A stretch of 32,000 nucleotides of DNA from Fibrobacter succinogenes subsp. succinogenes S85 (GTDB lineage: Bacteria > Fibrobacterota > Fibrobacteria > Fibrobacterales > Fibrobacteraceae). The stretch lies in assembly GCF_000146505.1 (NCBI RefSeq), contig NC_017448.1:2850001-2882000 (forward strand), given 5' to 3'. Position numbers and translations under genes: made by a program. Shown in pieces: positions 16,919 to 25,001 of the stretch (position 1 is its first letter; every line of letters starts with the position of its first letter). Under the pieces are notes generated by a model, which saw nothing but the letters and a program-made list of their open reading frames with translations, had not been told where the DNA came from and searched no databases.

Positions 16919-17966
16919 AACCTGTATCTATACCGTTTACAAGCAAGTTGGTGATAGCCTCGTCGCTACCCATCTTGCTTTTTTCTTTTATGTGGCGACC
17001 AAAAGTCTTGTGCCAGTCGAAACTGTCGGGGACGAGCTCGTCAAAGACTGGCCACGGCTTGATGAAACCTGGCGGGAGCAGTTTGTAGAGTTTTTCGGAA
17101 TTGATGCTCAAGTCGCCAACGCGCGGGGGCATGGGTCCGCCTTCGATACGCGGCACTCCATGGAGGAGCTCGGCGGGGTAGCCGCCGACCGCGTTCACGA
17201 TTTGACCGACGTTGTAAAGCGATACGCTACGCGGGCCGCCGCAGTTGTAAATGCCGGCGGGGAATTTATGTTCAAGAATGTATTGCACGGTACGGCAAAG
17301 GTCCGGACCCGAAAGCGGGTTGCGGAATTCATCGGTGAACAAGGTTGCTGGGCGACCGGGGCGGAAACGGTACGTAATCCAGTCAATGGCACCGGCGCAT
17401 CCGCCGGGCGCATAGTCCATCGGGAGCGGCACGCGGAGAATCACGACGTCAGGCTTGATAGCGGTAATCGCGTCTTCGGCTTCGGCCTGGTGCTTGCCGT
17501 AATTGTGGATGGGGTCTTTGGGGTCGGTTTCTACGTACGGGCGGTTTGGCTTTGTCTTCTCGTCACCGCTAAAGACCATGTCGGCAGAAATGCGGATGAG
17601 TGTCGCGTTGTAGCGTGCTGCGAATGTAGCTGCATCAACGCCCTGACTGTAATTCAAAAGTCGGCTGCGGGCAGGGTCGCATTCGCAAGCCTTAAGCGCG
17701 CAATTTCCGCTCGCGTCAATAACGGTACCAAAGCGGAATTTCTCAAAAAGTTCGCCCAATCGTTCTGTTTCTTCGGCATCTACGCCGAAGACGTTTTCTC
17801 CAAAAACGCACGGATGCTTGATGGGGCGAATCCCGATAATGCCCGGCACGTTCTCGCGAACGGTCGCGCTGCCGTACAATTTGTTGAAATGCCTAAAAAG
17901 TGCAAAGCCGGGAACGCCGTTCAGCCCGAGAATTAAAATCGGGAGGCGGATTGCGATAATTTCCAC
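16887..17966 (-). CDS. RmlD-like sugar-nucleotide-binding SDR reductase/epimerase
   Basis: N-terminal Rossmann ILILGLNGVPG; ISADMVFSG...PYVETDPKDPIHNYGKHQAEAE (YxxxK-type catalytic region). The only in-frame start is GTG 17966, which overlaps the NUDIX 3' end by 34 nt. Confidence 0.7.
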   Translation of the reverse strand: MEIIAIRLPILILGLNGVPGFALFRHFNKLYGSATVRENVPGIIGIRPIKHPCVFGENVFGVDAEETERLGELFEKFRFGTVIDASGNCALKACECDPARSRLLNYSQGVDAATFAARYNATLIRISADMVFSGDEKTKPNRPYVETDPKDPIHNYGKHQAEAEDAITAIKPDVVILRVPLPMDYAPGGCAGAIDWITYRFRPGRPATLFTDEFRNPLSGPDLCRTVQYILEHKFPAGIYNCGGPRSVSLYNVGQIVNAVGGYPAELLHGVPRIEGGPMPPRVGDLSINSEKLYKLLPPGFIKPWPVFDELVPDSFDWHKTFGRHIKEKSKMGSDEAITNLLVNGIDTGFIRELCGTKA

Positions 17967-18514
17967 TTGAAATAGCCTGCGATTTGAAGCGGGTGATTGA
18001 ACGTGCCGTCGGCAACTTTTGCCTGGAATTCCTCGTCCGTGTACAGGAACGTTTCGATATCTTCCGTATCGTCAAAGCTCGTTTTGCCCAAGCGTTCCAC
18101 GCCATCGATAAACACCACGTGGAACTTCCCGCGATGCCTATCTGGATTCACCGGGAACGACCCGATGTAGGCTACGTTGTCATGCCCGCCACTGAGCGGG
18201 CATCTCCCTTCTTCGAGGCGATAACCGCATTCTTCTTGCAGTTCTCTGACGGCGGCCTCTTCTGGTGTTTCGCCTTTGTCTATAATCCCTGCCGGAAACT
18301 CAAGCGCAATCTTTCCCGTTCCGTGGCGGTACTGTTCCGTCATGACCCACTTGCCTTCCTTTGTGCGTGCAAGAATCAAAACCCAGTCGGGTTGCCATAA
18401 CGTATAAAAATCATCGATGACCTTGCCGCTCGGCAGTTCGCACGTTTCCTTCGCGACCTTCAACCACGGCGCATCCACCAAAAATTCCGAACTCAACAAT
18501 TTCCACGGTTTCAT
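17933..18514 (-). CDS. NUDIX hydrolase (ADP-ribose pyrophosphatase-like)
   Basis: NUDIX box GIIDKGETPEEAAVRELQEECGY. Confidence 0.85.
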   Translation of the reverse strand: MKPWKLLSSEFLVDAPWLKVAKETCELPSGKVIDDFYTLWQPDWVLILARTKEGKWVMTEQYRHGTGKIALEFPAGIIDKGETPEEAAVRELQEECGYRLEEGRCPLSGGHDNVAYIGSFPVNPDRHRGKFHVVFIDGVERLGKTSFDDTEDIETFLYTDEEFQAKVADGTFNHPLQIAGYFKWKLSQSASRF

Positions 18515-18716
18515 ACCCCAAATTTAGAAAATACAACATCAAAGCAATTCTTTAAGTTCTAAGATCTAAGTTCTGCCGACTAGATTCTTGTAATTGCAAT
18601 AAACGCCCCTGATTCATCTACGCTTTCTGGTGATACATTAAATTTTAAAAATTTTTGAAATTTACAAAATTTACGTATTTCTGCTAAAAATCAAGATTTT
18701 TGTATCATTTTATCTA

Positions 18717-18745
18717 TTGCGAGTTACTGACAAATGACGTATATT
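18717..18745 (+). promoter_or_regulatory. Candidate promoter of the TIGR02147 cassette
   Basis: TTGCGA (18717-18722), 17-nt spacer, TATATT (18740-18745). AAGGAGG RBS at 18755-18761, ATG at 18768. Confidence 0.4.
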
Positions 18746-18767
18746 TGAGCCTGTAAGGAGGTTAAAT

Positions 18768-19583
18768 ATGAAACCGATAACAGAATATCAAGATTACCGA
18801 AAGTACATGCTTGATTATTTTGAATGGCGAAAGAGAAGTTCTGTGTTCTCGTGGCGCGAATTTTCCAAAATCGCCGGATTCTCGTCGCCATCATACTTAA
18901 AACTTGTATGTGATGGCAAGAGCTCGCTGAGCCGCGTGGGCGTCCCGCTTGTGGCTGCCGCGATGGACTTGAATGATTTTGAACAGGAGTATTTCAAGCT
19001 CATGGTTGAATTCACGAATGCCAAAGACGATGACAAGAAAAAAGAAGCGTTCCTCAAAATGAAGGGGCTTGCAGACGAACAGCGTGCTAGAGTGTTGGAT
19101 GCTGATGCGTTTGATTACTACGAAACGGCAGTGAATTCCGTTGTTCGTGAACTTGCTCCGTTGATGCCTGGCGCACTTCCGGGTGAAATTGCCAAGAAAA
19201 TCAAGCATACGTTTACGGCGCAACAGGTCCGTGATTCATTAAAGCTTTTGGTGAAACTTGATTTGCTTAAGTCACTTGGCGAGAACGTCTACGAACAGAC
19301 AGACAAAGTCATTACGGGTTCAGGTGAAGCGCTTAAGCTTGCGCTCCGCTCCATGAATGGTCAGATGATAGACCTTGCCCGTGAAGCTATTGAAAAAATC
19401 GCTCCGGGTGAACGCAACATTTCGGGTGTGACGATTGGCGTTGACGAAGCTACAGTAATACGCATCTCTGAAGAAGTGGATCGTTTCCGCAAACAAGTTA
19501 TTGCTATCGCTAGCGAATCCAAGAAGATCAACCAAGTTTATCGTTTAAATTTACAGCTTTTCCCGCTGACGGAAAAAGTGTAA
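18768..19583 (+). CDS. TIGR02147-family protein (Fibrobacter paralogous family, DUF4423-type; putative HTH regulator)
   Basis: The N-terminus YQDYRKYMLDYFEWRKRSSVFSWREFSKIAGFSSPSYLKLVCDGKSSLS matches my recollection of the TIGR02147 consensus (Y.DYRkfL.dyy..kK...FSyR.Fa.kaGfsSp.fLklVi.GkrnLs). Confidence 0.8.
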   Translation: MKPITEYQDYRKYMLDYFEWRKRSSVFSWREFSKIAGFSSPSYLKLVCDGKSSLSRVGVPLVAAAMDLNDFEQEYFKLMVEFTNAKDDDKKKEAFLKMKGLADEQRARVLDADAFDYYETAVNSVVRELAPLMPGALPGEIAKKIKHTFTAQQVRDSLKLLVKLDLLKSLGENVYEQTDKVITGSGEALKLALRSMNGQMIDLAREAIEKIAPGERNISGVTIGVDEATVIRISEEVDRFRKQVIAIASESKKINQVYRLNLQLFPLTEKV

Positions 19584-19593
19584 GGAGGAAACC

Positions 19594-20406
19594 ATGAATC
19601 TCAAAAAAATCATTCCGCTTTCGTTCACTGCGTTGAGCGTGATGGGGGCCTTTACCGCTTGCTCCGATAATAAAGTGGTGGGGGCTGACGAACAGGCTAA
19701 TACGATGGCTGAACGTTCTAGTTCGTCTGTAGAGTTGGGCTCGTTGAGCTCAAGTAGCTCTTTGCAAGGTTGGAAAATTGATCGAGAAGGCGCTTTAGCA
19801 GCTCTTAGAAGTGTACGTAAAGAAACGGCGATTGCTTATACTTATCTGGCCGGAGATTCTGCTGAACAAATAGATACGGTTAATGCTTATGAATCTTTTG
19901 ACAGAGTTGTTCAAATAATCCTCAATAAAGATGGTTCTATAATCTTTGATGAGAATGCTAGAGGGTATGATAATGATTATCAGACTTATGCGTTAATGAA
20001 GGACGAAGAGGGCTTCGTTCATGGAGGATTATTGTTTGAACATGGGTTTAAAAACGTAGAACCCGGTTCGTCTCTCGAATTGACTTGCACCGGCTTGGAT
20101 AATTGGTATGATGTATACTTTAGATTCGTAGATGTTTCTGGAGTCCCGGACTCTGCTGCTATTAAATATTTTAGGTCCACAGATTCAACGATGAGGGATC
20201 AGTTTAGACAGGATTGTGCTCTTGAAAATGGTGAACTGACGGATGATCCTAAATTTTATCCTGATTTGGGCTGTAGAATCGATCCTAAATTAGTTGATGG
20301 CGTCCTGACATACAAAGATCCTTATTGGAAAAAGTATGCTACGCATATTATCGAAGGTTGTGTAACAACTCAGAATTTTGATGAATTGTTTGGTTTAGGC
20401 GACTAA
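19594..20406 (+). CDS. Lipoprotein, cassette paralog 1
   Basis: AAGGAGG RBS. MNLKKIIPLSFTALSVMGAFTAC-SD lipobox, then a Ser-rich linker. Shares F..DC..ENG and YKDPYWKKYA motifs with the next gene. Confidence 0.7.
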   Translation: MNLKKIIPLSFTALSVMGAFTACSDNKVVGADEQANTMAERSSSSVELGSLSSSSSLQGWKIDREGALAALRSVRKETAIAYTYLAGDSAEQIDTVNAYESFDRVVQIILNKDGSIIFDENARGYDNDYQTYALMKDEEGFVHGGLLFEHGFKNVEPGSSLELTCTGLDNWYDVYFRFVDVSGVPDSAAIKYFRSTDSTMRDQFRQDCALENGELTDDPKFYPDLGCRIDPKLVDGVLTYKDPYWKKYATHIIEGCVTTQNFDELFGLGD

Positions 20407-20454
20407 ATATATAAAAGGTTATATCTTTAAAAACTTTATATAAAGGAAAAGATT

Positions 20455-21246
20455 ATGAACTTCAAAAAAATCATTCCGCTTACGCTCGCTACCATGAGCG
20501 TGATGGGCGCCATTACCGCTTGCTCCGATAAATCGCCCGAGAACAATATTGTTGGTGTTGATGAACAACCTAATACGATGTCTGAAGTAAAAACTTTGTT
20601 TGGAAATGTAGTAAGTAGCGATGTGCAACGCGCCATGCTGGCTAAATATAAAGAAGATTCTAAGTCTAATGGTGCTGTTTCAGCTATTTTGGCTCATGAT
20701 AGTACTTTTCAGTTGAATACTATAAAAACGATTGATGGCGATGAATTTTATAATAATGAAATAAATCGAATACTCAGTATGGGCGATATTGATACTACGT
20801 ATGTAGAATATAAAGGGTGGGATTATTATTCTATGCTAGATGAAAATGGTGTACTGCATGGACCGATTTCGATATCCCATTCTGTTTTGGCGTATGATGT
20901 TACAAATAACGTTGGCTGCGTGAACGAAAATAAATGGTTTATAGAGGATAATGAAGTATATAGAATTAGCGAATATTATAGTGTTAGTGTAGGTTTTGGA
21001 AATGTTCAGATGAGACTTCAAACCAGAGATTCTCTTTTGACTGCTCAATTTATAGAGGATTGTAATGCCGAAAATGGAATATTCAGTGAGTACAAAGGTA
21101 ATCGGTATTATATTTTGGGGGAGGCTCATGTTGAATCATGGATAAATTGCGTTATGCAAAGAGACAATCCCTATAAAGATCCCCATTGGGTAAAGTATGC
21201 ATCATATATTATCAATAATTGTAGGTCCGATGTAGTTTCTTATTAA
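20455..21246 (+). CDS. Lipoprotein, cassette paralog 2
   Basis: MNFKKIIPLTLATMSVMGAITAC-SD. Motifs FIEDCNAENG and YKDPHWVKYA. The mature region is very AT-rich. Confidence 0.7.
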   Translation: MNFKKIIPLTLATMSVMGAITACSDKSPENNIVGVDEQPNTMSEVKTLFGNVVSSDVQRAMLAKYKEDSKSNGAVSAILAHDSTFQLNTIKTIDGDEFYNNEINRILSMGDIDTTYVEYKGWDYYSMLDENGVLHGPISISHSVLAYDVTNNVGCVNENKWFIEDNEVYRISEYYSVSVGFGNVQMRLQTRDSLLTAQFIEDCNAENGIFSEYKGNRYYILGEAHVESWINCVMQRDNPYKDPHWVKYASYIINNCRSDVVSY

Positions 21247-21264
21247 TCCCATAGCTCCTTGAAT

Positions 21265-21296
21265 AAAAAACTCCCGCTCGGTTGAGCGGGAGTTTC
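21265..21296. terminator. Bidirectional rho-independent terminator
   Basis: AAAAAA-CTCCCGCTC-ggtt-GAGCGGGAG-TTTCT lies between convergent genes ending at 21246 (+) and 21317 (-). Confidence 0.75.
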
Positions 21297-21316
21297 TCCT
21301 TTAAATCAGCGAAATT

Positions 21317-22639
21317 TTACTTGATCTTCAAAGACCAGGCTTTATTGCCGATTTTTACCACGTATACACCCTTGGCGCCGGTGTAAACTTTCTGTTCAAG
21401 GCCAAGACCCTTTGTAGTGCGGACAACGTTACCGAGGCTGTTGAACACTGTGATGCTCAAACCCTGGGCGTTCTGAACGGTGATGTAACCGCTTGCGTCC
21501 ACGTAGGCTGCGAGGTGGCGACCGTCAAATGCTTGCGTTGGGAGAGCGGTTGTGCTGCTTGAAGAAACTTCCGGTTCGCTGGAGCTGGACTGTGGCGGTT
21601 CAGCGCTGCTGGAAGATTCCGGAGCGGCTGCGGCGGCGTTCTTCACGACAATCTTGCCTGCGTTCGGGACTGCATCAAAGTAAATGTAACCGCCGTCGAC
21701 CTTGGATTCGAGCTTTGCGCCATCCTGCGTGACTTCGACCTTCTTCCAGTCGCTCTTTACGCGAATAGAAAGCGGATAATCGTACTTGGAAATGTTGTCT
21801 GCGATGCTGTGCTTGAGTTCAAAAGCCATCGTGTTTGCTGCCCCACCGTCCTGCGGTTCGATTTTAGAGGCCTTGCGTTCCTTGAGGTACATGGCGACAT
21901 GGCCCATCGGGGCAACCCAGATGTCCTTATCGTTCTGCTGGGCCCATTTGAGCGCGCCATCGATGGCGTTGATATCCGTCGGGGAGTAGTTGGCGTTGCC
22001 GTTGTTCTTGCCTTGGAAACCGTGAGTGAGGAATGCCGCCCAGCCGTTGCTCTGAATAACTTTCTGCATTCTGCCGGTAAAGTCGTTCGTGCTCTTGAGC
22101 TGGCCTTCGGCACCGGTCATGGTGGCAGGGACCTGGGCCCAGTTGCTCGGGCCATCCTTGCCCATTTCATCATTCATGCCCTTCCAGCTGCCGTTGCAGA
22201 TACGGCCCACGATGTAGTTCTGCTTGACCGCGCTTTCGTTAGGCACGTTGCAGTTCGGGTAGGCGACAGTGATAATACCGTATTTCTGTTTGATATGGCT
22301 TTCGATATTTTTTTTCGAAGAAGCTTCTTCGCCACTCATGTTATTGCCGTGGCTATTGCTGTGGCTTGCGATTTCGTGCCCTTCGTCGGCCAGGCCCTGG
22401 AATCCGCTCCAGTTGGGGTTCCAGTTCACCACCAGGTTGAAGGTAGCCTTGTAGCCATACTTCTTGAACATCGGACCAGCGTCGGTCACGTGGCTCGGTG
22501 CGCCATCATCGAACGTGAAAGACGCTGCACCCTTGCGGAAACCCGACCAGGTTGCGATTTCTGCATCCTGCGCGAATGCGGCGCCTGCTGCGAACATTCC
22601 AACTGCGACAGAGGCAATAGAAATTTTTTTGTAGTTCAT
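21317..22639 (-). CDS. Polysaccharide deacetylase / carbohydrate esterase family 4 protein with C-terminal sorting-type domain
   Basis: I prefer ATG at 22639 (MNYKKISIASVAVGMFAAGAAFAQD signal). NodB motifs FTFDDG and HSNSH. A Ser/Pro linker follows. The last ~70 aa (ITVQNAQGLSITVFNSLGNVV...GVYVVKIGNKAWSLKIK) resemble a T9SS type-A C-terminal domain. Confidence 0.75.
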   Translation of the reverse strand: MNYKKISIASVAVGMFAAGAAFAQDAEIATWSGFRKGAASFTFDDGAPSHVTDAGPMFKKYGYKATFNLVVNWNPNWSGFQGLADEGHEIASHSNSHGNNMSGEEASSKKNIESHIKQKYGIITVAYPNCNVPNESAVKQNYIVGRICNGSWKGMNDEMGKDGPSNWAQVPATMTGAEGQLKSTNDFTGRMQKVIQSNGWAAFLTHGFQGKNNGNANYSPTDINAIDGALKWAQQNDKDIWVAPMGHVAMYLKERKASKIEPQDGGAANTMAFELKHSIADNISKYDYPLSIRVKSDWKKVEVTQDGAKLESKVDGGYIYFDAVPNAGKIVVKNAAAAAPESSSSAEPPQSSSSEPEVSSSSTTALPTQAFDGRHLAAYVDASGYITVQNAQGLSITVFNSLGNVVRTTKGLGLEQKVYTGAKGVYVVKIGNKAWSLKIK

Positions 22640-22768
22640 TATCCACACCTTGTTAATAGTATTATGCGAAAATAATTTACCCCCGTATATAAGGAACCGT
22701 CCCACGTTAAATTTCTTTTTGTTGTATAGTAATGCAACAGGGGAGGGGTAAATTCTATATTTCCCTAC

Positions 22769-23980
22769 ATGGATTTACAGTCGATTCTCTCCTCCGTTCT
22801 GGACGAAGTTTACGAAAAAAACGAATACCCCGCACTTGCGGCGCTTGAAAGCGAATGGACACATACCCGTCCGTTTGATGGCCTCCGCGTGCTGGTGGCA
22901 ACCCCGATTTACCGCAACACCATGACTGAATACCGTGCTCTCGTGGCGGGCGGAGCCGACCTTCTTGTGGGTTTTTCGGAATTTAACGACCCCGATGTCG
23001 TGGACTTTATGAGGGAATGGGGTGTACCCGTCGTAACGCCTGCCGAAATGCTCGAAGCCGAATCTCGTGGCGAGTTTGTGGACTTGGTGCTCGACTGTGC
23101 GGGGCCTTTTGCGGTACTCCACCCGAAAATTGGCTTTGTGGAACTCACACGTTCGGGTGTACACTATTATAAAGATGCCGAAAAACCGGTTTACGTCGCC
23201 GATAGCGGTATCGTAAAGCGGATCGAAACCTCCCTGGGTACAGGCGATGGCTATTTCCGCGGTCTCGAAAAATTGGGCCTTGGAGGCGATTTCGAAGGCA
23301 AGAAGTTATTGGTTTTTGGTAGTGGCAAAGTTGGTTCCGGAATTGCGCTCCAGGGCGTGCGCCGAGGCTGCAATGTGACCGTTGTGACGGACTTGAAACG
23401 CGGGCAGTCTCAAACAGCGAATTCCGAAAATGCTGAACATTCCGCGGCTCCTGAAACAATGCCTGCAGGCGATTTTTCTGCCGTCCTTGAGCAAAATGAC
23501 GTGGCTGTCGTGGATTGCCATGACTATGCAACTGTCGCCTCCTTGATTGAAAATTCCGATTTTGTTGTGACGGCGACGGGTGTCAAAAATGCCCTTGCAG
23601 CCCCGGAATTGACGGAAGCACTTCTCTCGACCAAGGCAATTCTTGCCAATATGGGTGTCGAAGATGAATACGGCGAGGCTGTTCCCACGGAAAAAGTGCT
23701 CAATGATAAAGGTCCGCTGAACTTCATTCTTGAGGAGCCGACACATTTAAAGTACATTGATACGTCGCTTGCGCTCCATGCTGCCCTTGCCGAACGCTTG
23801 GTTCAAGAAGCCGCGACTCTTGAAGACTCTTCCGATGCTGCTTCTGCTGAAATTTCCGCCGGACTTCGCTTCCCGCCGCAAGAAATTGAACAGCGCTTGC
23901 TCACTATTGCCATACAAAATGGCGTCATTGGCCCTGAAATTTGCAGCATGCTCGGCGGCATCCCCACCGAAATGGACTAG
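22769..23980 (+). CDS. Divergent S-adenosylhomocysteine-hydrolase-like NAD-binding protein
   Basis: RPFDGLRVLVATPIYRNTMTEYRALVAGGADLLV parallels SAHH KPLKGARIAGCLHMT..LIETL.ALGAEV. Rossmann motif is LLVFGSGKVGSGIALQGVRRGCNVTVVTD. Also VVTATGVKNAL and ILANMGVEDE. The function is not assignable. Confidence 0.5.
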   Translation: MDLQSILSSVLDEVYEKNEYPALAALESEWTHTRPFDGLRVLVATPIYRNTMTEYRALVAGGADLLVGFSEFNDPDVVDFMREWGVPVVTPAEMLEAESRGEFVDLVLDCAGPFAVLHPKIGFVELTRSGVHYYKDAEKPVYVADSGIVKRIETSLGTGDGYFRGLEKLGLGGDFEGKKLLVFGSGKVGSGIALQGVRRGCNVTVVTDLKRGQSQTANSENAEHSAAPETMPAGDFSAVLEQNDVAVVDCHDYATVASLIENSDFVVTATGVKNALAAPELTEALLSTKAILANMGVEDEYGEAVPTEKVLNDKGPLNFILEEPTHLKYIDTSLALHAALAERLVQEAATLEDSSDAASAEISAGLRFPPQEIEQRLLTIAIQNGVIGPEICSMLGGIPTEMD

Positions 23981-23988
23981 GTGCGACA

Positions 23989-24831
23989 ATGACTCCCGAG
24001 AACATGAAAAAGGTTGTCGATCTCTGCAACCAGATTTCGAACATCACCTACGAGAATTTGACGAAAATCATCCGTCTGGAACAGACGGGGAGCGCGACTG
24101 GCGCCCGCAAGCTTGACGATAGCGACCAGAATGATATTGATTCTTGGATGGGCGGCGGCACCTGCTTTAGCATGACGTGGCACCTTTACCAGGCGCTCAC
24201 AGACATGGGCTTCAAGCCGCGTCTTGTCATGGGCCATAAGCGCAAAGAGCGCAACATCCACTGCGCCCTCATCTTGCCCGATCCCGATGATAGTTTTGTC
24301 ACCCCGGGGCAACCCTTTTCTGCAAATGTCTCCCCGGCCTCCGTGCCGGGGTCGGTTCTCTCGTCTAATTCATACCTTCTCGACCCCGGTTACTTGATTT
24401 TCGACCCGCTCCAGATGCCGCTCCCGCAGCCGTTTGGCACCGGCGAAGCGTTTTTCCCGCTTTCCCCGAACTGCGTGCGTCTCGTGCGCCCGACGCTTGA
24501 ATCGATGGAACTCTGGACAGGTGGCGCAGGCGCGCCAATGAAGCTCCGCTTCGAGTACCCTGTTGAAGGCGTTTCCGTCGAAGAATTCAAGCACCATTGG
24601 AACGAGAGTTTCTACCGCGAAATGATGACCTACCCGGTCTTGAACCGCCTTGACCGCGAAAAGGGCATCCAGTATTACTACCAGAAGGGGAACCTCGTCG
24701 TCCGCAATGCTACAGGCTCAAAAATGACGAAAATTGAGCCCGCCGATCGCGTGCAGACGCTCAGCGATATCTTTAAACTGTCGCCCTCCATCATCGAGCA
24801 GGCGCTCCAGATTCTTGAGAAAAAGCACTAG
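23989..24831 (+). CDS. Arylamine N-acetyltransferase-like (Cys-His-Asp fold) protein
   Basis: I prefer ATG 23989 (AGGTG 7 nt upstream), 8 nt after the upstream stop. GGGTCFSMTWHLYQALTDMGF parallels the NAT segment RGGYCFE.N.L....L..LGF. Candidate His is in NIHCALIL and candidate Asp in YLLDPGY. 280 aa, matching NAT length. Confidence 0.45.
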   Translation: MTPENMKKVVDLCNQISNITYENLTKIIRLEQTGSATGARKLDDSDQNDIDSWMGGGTCFSMTWHLYQALTDMGFKPRLVMGHKRKERNIHCALILPDPDDSFVTPGQPFSANVSPASVPGSVLSSNSYLLDPGYLIFDPLQMPLPQPFGTGEAFFPLSPNCVRLVRPTLESMELWTGGAGAPMKLRFEYPVEGVSVEEFKHHWNESFYREMMTYPVLNRLDREKGIQYYYQKGNLVVRNATGSKMTKIEPADRVQTLSDIFKLSPSIIEQALQILEKKH

Positions 24832-24860
24832 AAGGCGTTTTTCTTATCTAAATTAAAAGC

Positions 24861-24889
24861 TTGGCAATTGCCCCCAAATTTTCTATCTT
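24861..24889 (+). promoter_or_regulatory. Candidate promoter of the MATE gene
   Basis: TTGGCA (24861-24866), 17-nt spacer, TATCTT (24884-24889). This leaves a leader of about 105 nt. Confidence 0.35.
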
Positions 24890-25001
24890 TGCGCGCGAAA
24901 AACGAGGTTTTTGCGACGTTTTCCGCATTTTGCGGTTATTTTGAGCGGCTCCGCGCATCTAGTCCAACCATTTGCGTCTTGCGGGCCTCACGGGTGTGTT
25001 T

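Noticed and set aside
16992-17936. 314-aa plus-strand ORF
   Set aside because: It is an antisense shadow of the RmlD-like gene, which has Rossmann and catalytic motifs. The shadow translation is Ala/Arg/Val/Gly-rich with no recognisable motifs.
21809-22675. 288-aa plus-strand ORF
   Set aside because: It is an antisense shadow of the CE4 esterase gene.
22675-22753. 9-bp inverted repeat ATTTACCCC ... GGGGTAAAT in the CE4 / SAHH-like divergent region
   Set aside because: The arms are 61 nt apart in an AT-rich promoter region. It is plausibly chance, and I have no supporting conservation evidence.
2803-24972. Longer N-terminal extensions given by the track (starts 2803, 5378, 10311, 12138, 13411, 16115, 22705, 23941, 24972)
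   Set aside because: These starts use TTG/GTG or upstream ATGs that overlap neighbouring genes or precede a canonical signal peptide or RBS. Internal ATGs with SD-like sequences give proteins that begin at conserved or signal-peptide sequence.
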